A program made the position numbers and the translations under genes. A DNA stretch of 64,000 nucleotides from contig NC_068981.1 in assembly GCF_001194135.2 (NCBI RefSeq), positions 178,065,035 through 178,129,034 on the forward strand, read 5' to 3'. Below the pieces are notes generated by a model. It was given only the letters and a program-made list of their open reading frames with translations, was not told the DNA's origin and searched no databases. This DNA comes from Octopus bimaculoides (lineage: Eukaryota). Below are positions 12,961 to 26,855 of this stretch, piece after piece (position 1 is the first letter of the stretch; each line of letters starts with the position of its first letter).

Positions 12961-14225
12961 TTTTAAGTCAGAAATTGCTGAAGAGTGATGGTATTTTTTT
13001 TTAAATAATGGTTCCTGATTAAAACACAAAACAAAAATTTCATAAAGGAAGAGTTAGTGATTCCACTAACACCAGTACTTGACTGGTATTTTATATCATT
13101 GACTCCAAAAGGATGAAAAGTAAAACCAGCTTCAACAGAATTTGAACTCAAGAAGGTAGAGAGATGGAAGAAATATCAACAGCATTTTCCCCCAAGCTCT
13201 AATGATTCTACCAATTCACCAACCTTATTTCTTGAAATAATAACATTATTATCTCATACATATTGGGAGATAAAGTAAAATTATGGAAGAAGTGAATGTT
13301 TTGTGAGAGTTACTGTTGTTAGGGATATTAATGGACAATATATTGGATTTAAAGAAAAGGGAAAATAAAAGGCTGTCAAATTTCATAGGAATGCATGAGA
13401 TAGATAGATGTGCCATGTATAAAGAGACTTGTCATGATGAAGGAGCCTTGGGAGACAGCAGAGTTGATGAGGGATTGTTCAAGGTGTTGCTGATAGAAAT
13501 AAATATGGTATGAAAAGTGAGAAGATTTTGGATAAAAGAAATTACATCCAAATGAAATCTATAATGGGGGGAAAATGATGTCAAAACATTTGCACATCAA
13601 ATTTTTCATTGGCTGCTAACATTGATAGCACAAGTTTTACTTTTATTAAAACTTTCTAAAGCTATATCCTAAGTAGACTACATTTTTAGAAACAATATTG
13701 GTTGTAGTTAAGAGCTTATATGACTTACAATAAATCTTTGTGTAAAAAGAAGACATTGAATAGTGTGCTTAAGATGAACTGATTCTGAACTGCAATATTT
13801 GAAAGTAAGAGCTGAGATGTCATTTAGTGAGGGATCTAACAACTTTATGTTTTGATTTATCCCTTAATTGATAAAATCCCACTGGAAAAGGTATTTTTTA
13901 CCAATCAGAAAAAAAAAATCCAAGAGAATATTATTCAAAATCCTTGATAGATCAGCCTGTCCATTTTATAAGAGTTAATTTTGGAGCAATAAAGCTCATC
14001 CCTCTTTTAGTTATAACCACTCTGAACCAATATAATGCATGCTATATCAAATAAAATAGACCAAATATTTTCATGAGGTTGGCAGGGGGGCTGGTGTGTG
14101 TGTGTGATTTACAACAAAAAATGGTTAATATATATTCCATACATATGTGTATGATTTACTACAAAAAATGGTTTACACACATGATTCACCCCCAAAAATA
14201 AAAGTTATATATACATACATATATA

Positions 14226-14273
<48 letters not shown>

Positions 14274-14711
14274 CATCACTACCATCCTTATCATCATTTA
14301 ATGTCTATTTTCTATGCTGGCATGGGTTAGATAGTTTGACAGGAGCTGGCAAGCTAGAGAGCTTTGCTCCATGGTCTGCTTTGGTATGGTTTCTGCAGCT
14401 AGATGCCCTTCACAAAACAGAGTGTACTGGGTGCTTTTTAATGTGGCACCAACATCAGCAGGGTTACCAAGTAACTTGCAAGACAAAGACCTCTCAACTG
14501 AGAAAGAGAATGTCACTGAGAGAGGTGGCTTTCTGCAATGGTGAAAGATTAAGGCATAATAGGGGGATAGAGATAGGTGCCTTACCATAGAGGAGATACT
14601 TGGCCATCCTAGTAGGAAAAAAAGGAGAGGAAGGAGAGATAGAGTTAGAGAGAAAGACAGACAAAGAGTGAGAAAGAGAGAGAGAGAGAGAGAGAGAGAA
14701 ATATATTTTTC

Positions 14712-15197
14712 TTTTTATTTAACTGCAGTCATGCTGGGGCACCACCTTGAAGGGTATTTGTCAAACAAATCAACCTGAGGACTTTTTCTTTTAAAACCTA
14801 GTACTTATTCTATCAGTCTCTTTTGCCGAACCGCTAAGTCACGGGGGCGTAAACACACCAACACTAGTTGTCAAGCAGTGGTAGAGGACAAACACAGATA
14901 TATAGATATATGTGTATCTAAGTATACACATATATCTATGTATATATATGATATATATCTAAGTATATACATATACCTATGCATATAGTTAGATATATAT
15001 CTAAGTATACACATACATATATACTTATATATATACATATATGTGACAGGCTTCTTTCAGTTTCTGTCTACTAAATCCTTTCACAAGGCTTTGGTCAGTC
15101 CAAGGCTATAGTAGAAGACATTTGGCCAAAGTGTCATTCAGTGAGACTTAACCAGGAACTAAGTGGTTGGGAAGCAAACTTACCACACAGTCATGCT
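14712..15197 (-). mobile_element. Older CORE-like SINE. Further decayed copies at about 19295-19580, 20155-20330, 33290-33650, 50690-50830 and 51265-51400.
   Basis: Diverged match to the 43863 copy. Confidence 0.75.
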
Positions 15198-15466
15198 TGT
15201 ACCATATATATATATAATGATTAGAATTGTAACCTTTTGTATTTAGCAGTGATTTTTGTATTGTAGCTTGGTCACCGATGTAGGTAGATCAGATTATATT
15301 CATTATTACTAGCCAAGTCACCCTGACGGAGTGAAAACTGAGAACCTCATCATGTTATTGAGAACACCAAGAGTGACTTCATGTCAAGTTATTCAAAACC
15401 TCAATTGTAACTTAATTTTTTTAAATATTTCTACTAATTATTTATAACTAAATATTCATTACTCAC

Positions 15467-15489
15467 CATTTTTCAACATCTACCTTAGT
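15467..15489 (-). other. Candidate 23-nt micro-exon ending in ATG (ACTAAGGTAGATGTTGAAAAATG)
   Basis: Acceptor ttatctttggttatcttttag| and donor ATG|GTGAGT; lies inside the ZMIZ1 intron on the sense strand. Confidence 0.3.
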
Positions 15490-16907
15490 CTAAAAGATAA
15501 CCAAAGATAAGTAATTTTTCAACAAACTCAACAAAATAGCTTTTATAATTTTTACTTTCGCCTTTCATTTGACCCAATCAACTATGCTGCTCTTAAAGCA
15601 GCTTCTAAGGAATGCTTTTTTTAACCCCCTACTTTGTTCCTCCAAGAAATAATGCTTTCTTTCTCAGTAAATCAACCTTGAGTGTGCATATATGAATGAG
15701 TATGTGCAAGCACTCACATGTATGTTTAATGCAGTTTAGTTTTGTTTGCAGAAATAAATTGATTATAAATAATTAACAAAAGTTACTTCATAGTGTTCTT
15801 TTGTGTAAACTGATATTTTGTCCCCACTAAAGAATTCTTATGCTGATATTCATTTCTTTTATTTAGTACAAGGCTACAAATTTGTAGAGGAAGGGTATAA
15901 TTATTTGAATTAACCACAGTACATGTCTATTGATTACTTTATTGACCACACCCACTGTTAAAAGGATTAAAGGTGAAACAGGGTGAACTCAGAATTCAGG
16001 AGAATGAAATTAAATACTATAAAATGTTTAGTCAAGTGCTCTACTCCATTCTAATATTCATATTAACTGTTTTATTCAGTTAACAAGTACTAATTTTTAA
16101 ACACAGTTTCACCCACACCCACACACACCCTCATGACAACAGGGAAGAGCAGAGTCTTCAGAATGGGAGTTGACAGATAATGTTGCGGATCAAAGTTTTC
16201 AATAACCAAATCATTTAGAAATTTTAACGAAGGTATACCAGAGAGATCAAGAAGCCTTGTGGTATATATAATTGACAGAAAACAAACAGTAACTGTACAG
16301 GAAATGAGATATGTAGACATTTGATGTCATAGTGATGTCATACCCTTTATATTTTAAGGCTAACATTTTCAAAGAAAAATTATTATAAGAATTAATTTGG
16401 GTACCATCAAGTTTCTAACTTATTTGACTTATAGATTGGTTATATGTATCTAAAAGATATCATCCATAGAAAATAGTATTTAAAATATTGATTTATTTAT
16501 CCAGTATTTCCAACGGAATTTTGAAATATCTAAAATAAAAATCTATAAAGTAAAAGAACTGTTTTTAGAATATTCTTTCTAATAATTGAATAGATTTTCT
16601 GTTCAAATGAATAAGAAATACATTTTTCTGAAAGTGTCTGAGATGATTTTCAATACCTTTTCTTTTATTTTTCTAAATAAAATATTCCAGTAAATACTCA
16701 TTTAGCTCAAAATTTTTCTCTTCACACGAATAAAACAAATTGACCTACAATTTTTAATTAATTTGTTTAAACTTATTAGCACTGATATTTCAATGGTATC
16801 TAGTTTTTCATTATCTCTGACTTGAATTAGAATGTTACCAATCATACTAGTAGAAGCAAAAGAAAGATTTTCTCTGTAAAACATACTACTATTACTACGT
16901 ACATACA

Positions 16908-17028
<121 letters not shown>

Positions 17029-17399
17029 ATTGAAACTCAAGCTGTGAGATAAAACATTCAGTTTCAATAAAGCATATTAACCTACATGTATTGAGCACTC
17101 CTCTCTCATTCATTCAACACTTATTCATGTATATATATATTTAACAAATATCAACCACTGAGTTTCCCTAAGTTTGTGTCACCATAACTTTCTCATTGGT
17201 TCTAGACAGAAATGAAAACTGGATCACAAACAACTAACTTACTGCATCCCAACATCTCACTATATTTTCAAGCTCATTAATTAATGGGATTAGAATGATA
17301 ATAACGTTATCAATAATCGCCAACATCATTACTTCCATTTAATCTGCTGTCCAGACTCATCAATTCCATTATTGTAAGGATTGTCCTGTCTTGAGGAAG

Positions 17400-18110
17400 C
17401 AGTAACATTTTCTCACATTTCATGAACATACTTCAAAGAGAATCACCCTTTCACTACTTTAATAACACATTTGGAATCTCAAATGATGCTGTATATTCCA
17501 AATTTGCTCTGCTACATACATAGAATCCACTCTCCTTGCTGGTTATCAGTAATGGCTTCCAGTTATTATTATTTTCTATACCTGCTGTCAGTGTCTCTTG
17601 CAGCTCTCCAAACACCTCTGATCACCATCAGCTATCTACTTCCTGAATGAAAATAGTTATCCCACCACATCTCTTGCACTTCATATTAGCAAATTCTTCA
17701 ACCTATGTTTGGTATAAGAACCTACTAGATAAGTTGTATGCCTATGGTCTATATCACTTTAGGATTAGAAGCTTCTTGTCAGATCACTTCATTGAAATGT
17801 ACTGATAAGAATTGTCTCCAATCAACACTACGTTACTTCAAGTGCACCCCAAGGTTCAGTAATATCTCCACATTCTTCTTGTACATTAATGACCCACTCC
17901 CCCCAAACAACTGACATATCTATACAGATTACAGCAGCCTTCACTCCTCTTTAACCTTTTACACAGGTATCAATCATGCATGACCTAAACACCTCATTCT
18001 CCTACAAGGATACAATAAGTCTTTTTTCAACAATACAAAGGTACAAATGCTACAGATATCAAAGGAAAAGATTTCGCCACACCCTAGTGTCATCTTGAGG
18101 CATGGGTACA
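17400..18110 (+). mobile_element. Degenerate CR1/Jockey/I-like LINE reverse transcriptase relic
   Basis: Broken frames give ALHISKFFN, NLLDKLYAYG, VTSSAPQGSVISP, LYIND and YTDYSSL (RT motifs ALDISKAFD, GVPQGS, YADD). Confidence 0.7.
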
Positions 18111-19667
18111 CTGCACAATGACCTGGGGTCTCACAGATTTAAGGGCCCAATTCTAAGCTATGTATGCTTTATCATGCTGTCAATAAATTATTATAGAGCC
18201 CAATGTACTGATATGCTTGGGGACCTATAATGCTGCTAATATAGCCCTGCACAAATCATGAAGAACACATAAAACTTCCAACATAAAAGCAACTGCTACT
18301 TATCACACTTTCTCTATGACTTATGTTATATAACTTTACAAAATTGCATCAGAAAAGACTAGAATCTTCTTTAGGGTGAAGAAATGCTCTTATCCTGGTT
18401 AATTGCTGTTCCTTTACAATGCTTAAGTAAAACTTACATTGTTAGCACTAGAACAATGCTTTTGTTGCTCACACAGATGCCCTACATCACATCCAAAAAG
18501 AAAACTGTTTGAATGATTTACTTGATACAAGCCTTTCTATTGGGGGATTCCATTAGACCTATTTTTGTATTGAGTCAAAGATATTTTTATCAAGAGTTTA
18601 GCCTTTAGTCTGCAGTCCAGTGAGATACAATTACAATAGCTTTTTAGGTTTTCACATCCTTTCAGAATGACATGTTAGATTACTAAGTACTAAAGTATGA
18701 CATTAGGAGAAAATGATGGATAAATCTCTATATATTTAAGCTCAATGAACTACAAACAGAAATCAATACTCTCTACATCTTCCTTAGACTGCTTCCATAT
18801 CTGTACTATTTTTAGTAAACTGATGAAATTCTGCATTTGACATTTTATATTTGGTTTGCAACATTCTTGATGTTAACTTGAGTTGAAACAGATTTTGTTG
18901 CATCTTGGGAGGGTCATTATGCCAGGAATAAACACACACATGGTTTTATTTCACTTCTTTTGTTATTATCATGTAGGCATGTGACTTAATAGTTAGGGTG
19001 TTGAGACTCCCGATCATAAGATTGCAGTTTTGATTCCTGGATTGAGTGACATTTTGTCTTCTTGAGCAAAACATTTCATTTCATTTCATGTTGCTCCAGT
19101 CCACTCAGCTGACAAAAACAAGTAGTCCTGGGACAGAATTACCACACACCATTGTATCAGAACTGTAAATTTGCTAACGATAATGCTTAATAGTTACATG
19201 CACTATTGGTGTAAGGCTATCATGCAAGAATTCTATATATGCTATCCTGAACACAAACCCGGGTTGAGTTCCAGATGCTGCATATTCTTTAGGCATAGGT
19301 ATAGTTGTATGGTTTAAAAGTGTGCATCATAATTTCATGGTTTAGGGTTCAATCCCACTGCTTTCCACCTAAGGCAAGTGTCTTCTACTATAGCCTCAAG
19401 CTAATGCCCTGTGAGTGGTTTTGATAAATTAAAACTGTATGGAAGCTTGTCAAATGTATGCATATGCACACACATATGCACTTTGTTTACACCCCATCAC
19501 TACTTGACAACTGGAATAGGTTTGTCTACATCCCTACAATTTAGAAATTTGGCAATAAGAGACTGATAGAATAAATCCCAGATTTAAAAAAAAAAGTACT
19601 GAGCTAAAATATTAGGAGAGTAGATGATAAAATAATAATTCCAAATTAAACAGAATAAAAAATATGT

Positions 19668-19916
19668 TTAACCCTTTAGCATTCAGATTAGTCTGTCAAA
19701 TGTAATGCTTATTTATTCACATTGTTTTGAATTAATCATGCATTATCTTGTAGCTTTCACGCATTATCTCATAGCTTTGAGAGTTCAATGATGCGAATGT
19801 TTATTTTTAGAATAACATTGTAGGGCAGGTGTGAGAGGTTGGATCTGACCAATTTGAACAAAAAACAGGTAAAATATCTAGGTTGGATATGGCTAGTTTA
19901 AATGCTAAAAGGTTAA
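19668..19916. mobile_element. piggyBac-type MITE (TTAA-CCCTTTAGCATT...AATGCTAAAAGG-TTAA)
   Basis: TTAA at both ends, terminal inverted repeats, interior shared with three other copies. Confidence 0.8.
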
Positions 19917-20633
19917 GTCTGCTCAAAATGATGATCTAACCTTTAGCAATGATAGCAAACAGAAAACCAAGGAATGAATTTATACATTGCTATTGCTATC
20001 AAGAATAATGAAAAGGACTGTTCAGTAAAAACTAAATTGTTTTAAGACTGAATATGTTTTAAACACATAAATGTATTTTCACATATTGATATAAATCTAA
20101 TTAACTAGAAGCTAAGACATTAAAAATTCCAAAGCGGAGAATCTCTAACGGGTGCAGGCATAACTGCGTGACTTGGAAATTTGCTTTGTACCATATGGTT
20201 CTGGGCTCAATCCCATTGTTTACTCTGACTACTTAGAGAATGTCTTCTACCATAGCTTTGGTTCAGCTGACGTATCGTGAATGGAATTTAGGATTTTGGC
20301 TAATGGAAACCATGCAACAAGCTCATTGTGTGTGTGGGGGGATATTTATTCCAGTGAACTAAATACTTTAGGTATTTAGTTTGGTACTCATTCTATCAAA
20401 CCCTACTGAATGGTAATGTATTGGGCTATGTCCCTTTTAAAAAGTAACCTTCCCTAGTGAACTAAATACCACAAGGTATTTAAAGATATTGACAAAATGA
20501 GTATCAGAATAATGTGCAGGGTCACTAATCTAAACCTTTGAAGCCGGAGCCCTAGACTGAAACCAGTAATGGAAAAAGTAAAACTATTTTGCCTTAGAAA
20601 TGATACTAGATGAAACAATGAAGGAATTGTCAC

Positions 20634-20671
<38 letters not shown>

Positions 20672-21319
20672 CATACATATGTGTTTGAGAGAGGGGGGAA
20701 GAGAGGAGAAAAAATCTAACTTGTCTCATATAAGTATAATATACAAAAATCAGAGTTTCTCATTTATCTGCTGTGTACATAATATTGGATTCATAAGTTT
20801 AAAAACAAAATATACCATGCTATGACAGATATGTTATTGTATCTGTGAGTAAAGGCAAATGTTTTTTCATCAGCTATCTCCACACCACAGATCTGCTTGA
20901 CCAAAGTTGATTGTGGCCTCACAACACCAATAGCCACACAGTCAACAACTACTACTGTATGTAGATAGGGATGAGGGGTGAAACAAATACAGTTAATCAG
21001 ATGTAGAAACTTCTGTTAGTACACTTAAAGTCAACATAAAAATAATAATAAACTAAGAAATATGAAAAAAATTTATTAGAAGTATAAATCTGTAAACAAC
21101 AGATAAACTAACTCTGATACTACTTATAAAAAGTACAGAGAACTTACTGTAGTATGTAGCTTAGCTATAAAGAATATTTGTGTTATCTAAGAGCCATGTA
21201 TAAGCAAAAGTTTAGGTATAAATAAACAAATATTCATTAAATGACATAGTAATAGTTTGTGGTAGTTGTTTAGAGAGAAACTAGCCTGTGTTCATATTCA
21301 GCCAGAATAGAAATCAAAT

Positions 21320-21354
<35 letters not shown>

Positions 21355-22330
21355 AGGCATTTATGTGTACAAAGTCAGCAAACTGGCAAAGTTGTTAAGA
21401 TAGAATAGCTTGTGGTAATTCATTCCAGAGCTTTCTGCACTTCAAATCCTGCAGAAGGCAACTCTTGATTTTCATCCTTTCAAAGTCAAGAAAGGACCAG
21501 TTGTGGTTGGCAGAATCATTTGAGCATTGCCTCATGGCAGAATTGCTAGAAAGATGCCCTGATCCTCCTCATTTTTGTTCTGAGTTCAAATTCCACTCCT
21601 ACCACCAGCCCCTCCTTACAGGAACGGAACCTTCAGGACCTGGCTAATAGTTATAGGCCTCCCGTGTCAGATATATGTGTACAAACAAGAAAAATGAAAA
21701 AAGGAAGCACTCAATACCTTCTGTAGATTTTATAATGATTTGCTATTGTGTTACTATACTTGTCTATACAGCAGTGCCCCTTTTTTTTTTTGTTGAGACA
21801 ATATCACTTCCATCGTCAAACAGCAGAATAGGAAACACACAGCTACACAGCCCTCATCCCAACTGCCACCTTGAAATTGTTGAAATTAATCCACTTGTTT
21901 ACTCAAGAGAACTTGCCCTTCCACAGAGTTGATGTACTGGGTATCAATTATACCATCTGGCTCTATCCAGAGGAACAAGGAGGAGGGAATTCCTACTAAG
22001 AACTTCAAGGGTCATTACAATCATGGACTACATTCTTTTAGATCTAGGGTCAGAGAAAATTCCAACTTTCCTATCCTGATTCACACGGAAATTCAAAGAC
22101 CAAGGATACTATTACTCTACTATAACTTGGAATATTGTTGACAGAGCCACCCAATATTCCAAAGGATCACATAAACCATAAATTTTGCCAATCTAAAAAG
22201 TTTCAGGTACTCAAACATCCCACAATATCTCTCAAAAGAAAATCTGAGGTTATTATTTCCAGATGAAGCCAAGTGACACAAATTCAAAAAATTCTAATTA
22301 CAAGCTATATGGAACAGCCCCATTTGTTAA

Positions 22331-22630
22331 TCATCATCATCGTCGTTTAACATCCGCTTTCCATGCTAGCTTGGGTTGGACGATTTGACTGAGGACTGGT
22401 GAAACCAGATGGCTACACCAGGCTCCAATCTGATTTGGCAGAGTTTCTACAGCTGGATGCCCTTCCTAATGCCAACCACTCAGAGAGTGTAGTGGGTGCT
22501 TTTACATGTCACCCGCACGAAGGTCAGTCAGGCGGTACTGGCAACAGCCACGCTCAAAATGGTGTATTTTATGTGCCACCAGCACAAGAGCCAGTCCAGG
22601 GGCACTGGCAACGATCTCACTTGAAAATCC
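22331..22630 (-). mobile_element. Retroposon with RTE-type 3' end and (ATG)n tail. Other copies at 24076-24180, 46797-47176 and 59413-59620; decayed ones at about 10915-11150, 14270-14510 and 24715-24815.
   Basis: catcatcatcgtttaacgtccgctttccatgctagcatgggttggacg is shared almost verbatim among the young copies. Confidence 0.85.
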
Positions 22631-23592
22631 TTGAATATACATTTTGGTCTGATAGCCTCCTTTTACAATTTAGCAGTCTGCATTGAAGATCTGCATTAAC
22701 CAATAGGAACCGATCTTATTAACAACTGTGACTGGTGGCTACATCTGCCTTCATGAAGCACATCTGAACAATCAGACATATTTTATGTGTGAAACTTTAA
22801 GCAATGATGTAATGAATTACTAATTCTCTCTCTCCCTCTTTATATACATGCACAGGGTTAGGCAGACTTAAGATGAAAAAGTTTGATAAAGAAACAATTT
22901 TGTTATTCAAGAGAAATATATGTAAATGTCTTATTTTCTATACCAAGCTTCTTTCTAGTACAGCAGAAGTTAGAGAGATATCTCTTGTATTCATAACCAA
23001 ACAACCAACCTTTAGGCCCTTTTCATCCTGTTATTATTAAGAACAAGATATGATATCATGCATATGGGAAAAAAAAGTTGTCAGGCAGCATTTTCATTCT
23101 AACTAGGTTTCTTTTTTCTTTTCTTTCTTAGAAATTTGTAATGTTTTAACAAGATAATGCCACAGTTTACGTACATATTTCTTTAAACCAATTGGGTCAC
23201 TAGTGCAATTTTTGTAGGTGTATACTGTAACATACAGTAATTTGGCATATTTAGTGATGGGTGTAAAGGAAAATAGAATATTAACTCCACATGCCAAATA
23301 ATATTGAGGAAAAGAAAATCTAAAATTCTTATGAGAATTATAGAAATTGTCATCAGAAAATATAGATTCTTAAGTCTTTATCTTTCAACTAAGAGTAATC
23401 ACGAGAAATAATTATGGCTAACTTAATAATTTGAAAAGGATTTTCAAAGTAACTTTGTTCCATTGTTCATTAATTTATTTTCTTTTTCTTACAAACATTT
23501 TGAATACCTATACATAAATGCAAGTGGAGTACATTTAAGAAGAAAATGATGATTGTTTGCACCTTATGTACATACATATCTCAGGTTCCCTT

Positions 23593-23633
<41 letters not shown>

Positions 23634-25206
23634 AGAAAGCCAGAGGTGTTATTTTCAGTTAGCTGCAAACCTACAGCTGAGAGACACAAACTGAAGGAAA
23701 TTTTGAATGTGAGCTGCATAGACAAACCTCACTTATTAATGAAATTACATTTTAGCTGGGTAGCATCTCTTATAACGTAGTAAGTAGTTGGAACTTAGAT
23801 TCAAATAAACAAAGGAAATGTGGATTCTATAAAGTATAGAACAGGAAACCTGCCCATGAGAACAGTAACTCTAAATAAAACCTGATACATGATAGAAGGT
23901 AATCTTTAGTCCTGAAATCGACAAATTATCTAACACCAATAGTAAAATAAAATGTGCCCAAACCTTACTGCAAAAAGCATAGTGATAGGAATGGGAAAAC
24001 AAGTGGTAAGATGCTGTAAGACTTGTCCAGCTCAGGCTTGCATTGAAAAATAGGCATAAAATGATAATGGCAATTATCATCATCATCATCATCGTTTAAC
24101 GTCCGCTTTCCATGCTAGCATGGGTTGGACGATTTGACTGAGGACTGGTGAAACCGGATGGCAACACCAGGCTCCAATCTTGATATCAATTGGAGGTGGT
24201 GGGAGGGGATGTCTCTCAATACTGAGTTTACACCTGGGAAGTTCCACCCCAAAATACAGGGAAGTTTTTTGCCCTTGCATGCAAATCTCCCTTCACACCA
24301 CTAATGTTGTTCAAGGGAAACGCAAAAGCCTTGTACAGCTTGGTACAAATTCTGTTGTAGGTATTGACATCAGAATGGAAAGTTCTGGAACAGAAACTGC
24401 AAGGTAGCCCATGCAACAGTCTGTCAATTCACTGTCAATTCTGTCAATTCACTGCCCTGGACTAACATGTGTGTATGCATATATATATATATACATATGG
24501 CATATATACCAACATATAAGCAAATTCCCAAATTTTCCTAGATTAGGTATGTTTTGGGTCATAGTCAACATACAAGACCCTTCTTCCCTACAAAATAAAT
24601 AAATAAAATTATGTTAATTTTTAAGTTTACATTTGTGTTTTCATTGAATGTCACCAAAAAATGGTTAGGAGATATAGTCAATTAATTACTGCAATACACA
24701 ATACATCGTCTGTCATTATCATCATCATTTAAAGTCTGTCTTCCATGCTGGCAAAACAGAGGACTGTGCCAAGCTCTAATGTCGGCTTTAGCCTGGTTTC
24801 TATGGCTGAATGCTCTTGTTTGTTTGTTTGTGCGCGTGTGCGTGCGCACATAAGCACATATGTATATGTATGTATTAGTTATTTAAAATAAAGTTGGATA
24901 TATTTTTAATAGGAGAGGATTTTGAAGGAAACTTGAGCAATAATACAAGAGGAATTCAGTAGAATAATTTAGAAACATTTGTACCTTCCATGAATCTTAT
25001 CTTAAGTATTTATATTGAAAAGACAAGCCTTAACATGTTGCAATTAAATTCAAATTAAATAAATCATCAAATGACAACTTTTAATGCCATTCAAACATGA
25101 AGCATTAGAAAGTTTGAATAGGAACACTATCATAATGACTCGATTCAGTGTTACTGAAGATAGAAGCCTTGTTTTGGAAAATTTTATCAACCTAGAGTTC
25201 AAAATA

Positions 25207-25330
25207 TACTGCTGCTGCTACTACTACTACTGCTGCTACTACTACTGCTGCTGCTGCTACTACTACTACTGCTGCTACTACTACTACTACTGCTGCAGCT
25301 ACTACTACTGCTGCAGCTACTACTACTACT

Positions 25331-25379
<49 letters not shown>

Positions 25380-25392
25380 TTAATAATAATGA
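25207..25392. repeat. Compound trinucleotide repeat (CTG/CTA)n followed by (ATA)n
   Basis: Read directly from the sequence. Confidence 0.95.
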
Positions 25393-26210
25393 TATACTAC
25401 TTGTCTTTGGTTATTTATTTATTTCTATTCAGAAATAAATATGCCAACTGAGTACTAATCGCTTAACAGTTTAAAACTACTATTTTTACTGAATGAATAA
25501 CCCCCAACACTTCCAAGAGGATTTATGATAATGACAGACTGAATATCTTGATCTGTCAAGGAAGAAAAAAAATGAGAGAAGAAACAAACTACCGTTTATA
25601 AGAAAAGTACAAGGAACACAATGAGAAAAATGTAACCACAAAGTAGGTCACAAAATAAAATGAAAAGATGAAAGGACAAAATGAGGAAAAATCAAAAATA
25701 AAATTTAGTAAATATTAAACAATGAAACTACATAGAGACAGACAAATGGATGAATGAATAGACTCATAGGATAGGCAAATGAGAGATTGTGAATCAATTT
25801 TGCTGGCTTTAGTGAAGGTATTAAATAAATATGAGTGAGGAAGAAGCAAATTAGTGTAAAGAGGTGAGAAAAATATAAGTTTATTTTCCTTCATAGAAGA
25901 TGTTTAGACAACCCTTGCATACAGAAATAAATTTTTACTATTTCAGCTGTATATTAAAAGTAAAAGTGTAAAAACAATGAAAAAGAAGATGGCAAAGAAA
26001 TATGAAAATTATTTATCAACATTTATAATATGTAAATCTCACTGGCCATTAATCCTATTTCTCCTCTAAAAATATAGCTGGAGCTGGTAGAAATAGACTA
26101 ATTGCCTTACATCATTGAATGTCATTGCACTACATTCTGAGTTCAAATCTTGCTGAGAATGACAACTTTCATTCCTATAGAGAAAGGACTAATAAAATAA
26201 GTAGCAGTAA

Positions 26211-26458
26211 TATACTTGAGGTTTACATTATTTACACTATTTACATTTGACGGATATTTGTCCTCATCTTGTTTGTTGTTAACACAACGTTTCGGCTGAT
26301 ATACCCTCCAGCCTTCGTCAGGTGTCTTGGAGGGTATATCAGCCGAAACGTTGTGTTAACAACAAACAAGATGAGGACAAATATCCGTCAAATGTAAATA
26401 GTGTAAATAATGTAAATAATTCCTCATCTCTTAAATATAGAACTGTATACTTGAGGTT
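26211..26458. mobile_element. H1-family fold-back insertion: perfect 89-bp inverted repeat, 17-nt spacer, TSD TATACTTGAGGTT
   Basis: Arms 26222-26310 and 26328-26416 are exact reverse complements; the direct repeat lies at 26211-26223 and 26446-26458; the insertion interrupts an older SINE. Confidence 0.9.
26281..26326 (-). ncRNA. Minimal type-I hammerhead ribozyme motif (H1), intact core, sense to ZMIZ1
   Basis: Minus read GACAC-CTGACGA-A-GGCTG-gagggtatat-CAGCC-GAAA-CGTT-GTGTT. Confidence 0.8.
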
Positions 26459-26628
26459 GATTTTAAAAATTTGCTTTGCAACTACACATGGTTTGAGTGT
26501 TTGGTCCACTGTGCAACACTCTGGACAGCTGTATTCTTCCACAGCTGCAGGTTGACAAAACCTTGTTAATGAACTTTGAAACTACATAGGAGCCTATCAG
26601 AGAGATCATTTTTGTTTTGGATATAGAC

Positions 26629-26855
26629 TTAACCCTTTAATATTCAGATTACCCAGCCACCTGTAATGCTTATTTATTTATATTATTTTGAATTTATAAT
26701 GCTTGTCTCATAGCTTTGAAATTTTGGTGATATCTCTATTTATTTTTAGAATGATAGTGTAGGGTCAGTGTGAGAAGCCAGATCTGGTCAGTTTGAATAC
26801 AAAACAGGTAGAATATTTGGACTAGATATGGTCAGTTTAAATGCTAATGGGTTAA
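26629..26855. mobile_element. piggyBac-type MITE, same orientation as the 19668 copy
   Basis: TTAACCCTTTAATATT ... AATGCTAATGGGTTAA. Confidence 0.8.

Noticed and set aside
1656-15279. Shared 10-mer GGTCACCGAT in two unique blocks
   Set aside because: Shared 10-mers are expected by chance in 64 kb
20860-20960. DLWCGDS resembling ZMIZ1 DWCGDP
   Set aside because: Followed immediately by stop codons; flanks do not match and there are no suitable splice sites
22399-22686. ORF MKPDGYTRLQSDLAEFLQLDALP..., repeated at 46797 and 59487
   Set aside because: Antisense reading of a repeated retroposon, not a gene family
25084-25335. Cys/Tyr-rich ORF
   Set aside because: Translation of a (CTG/CTA)n microsatellite
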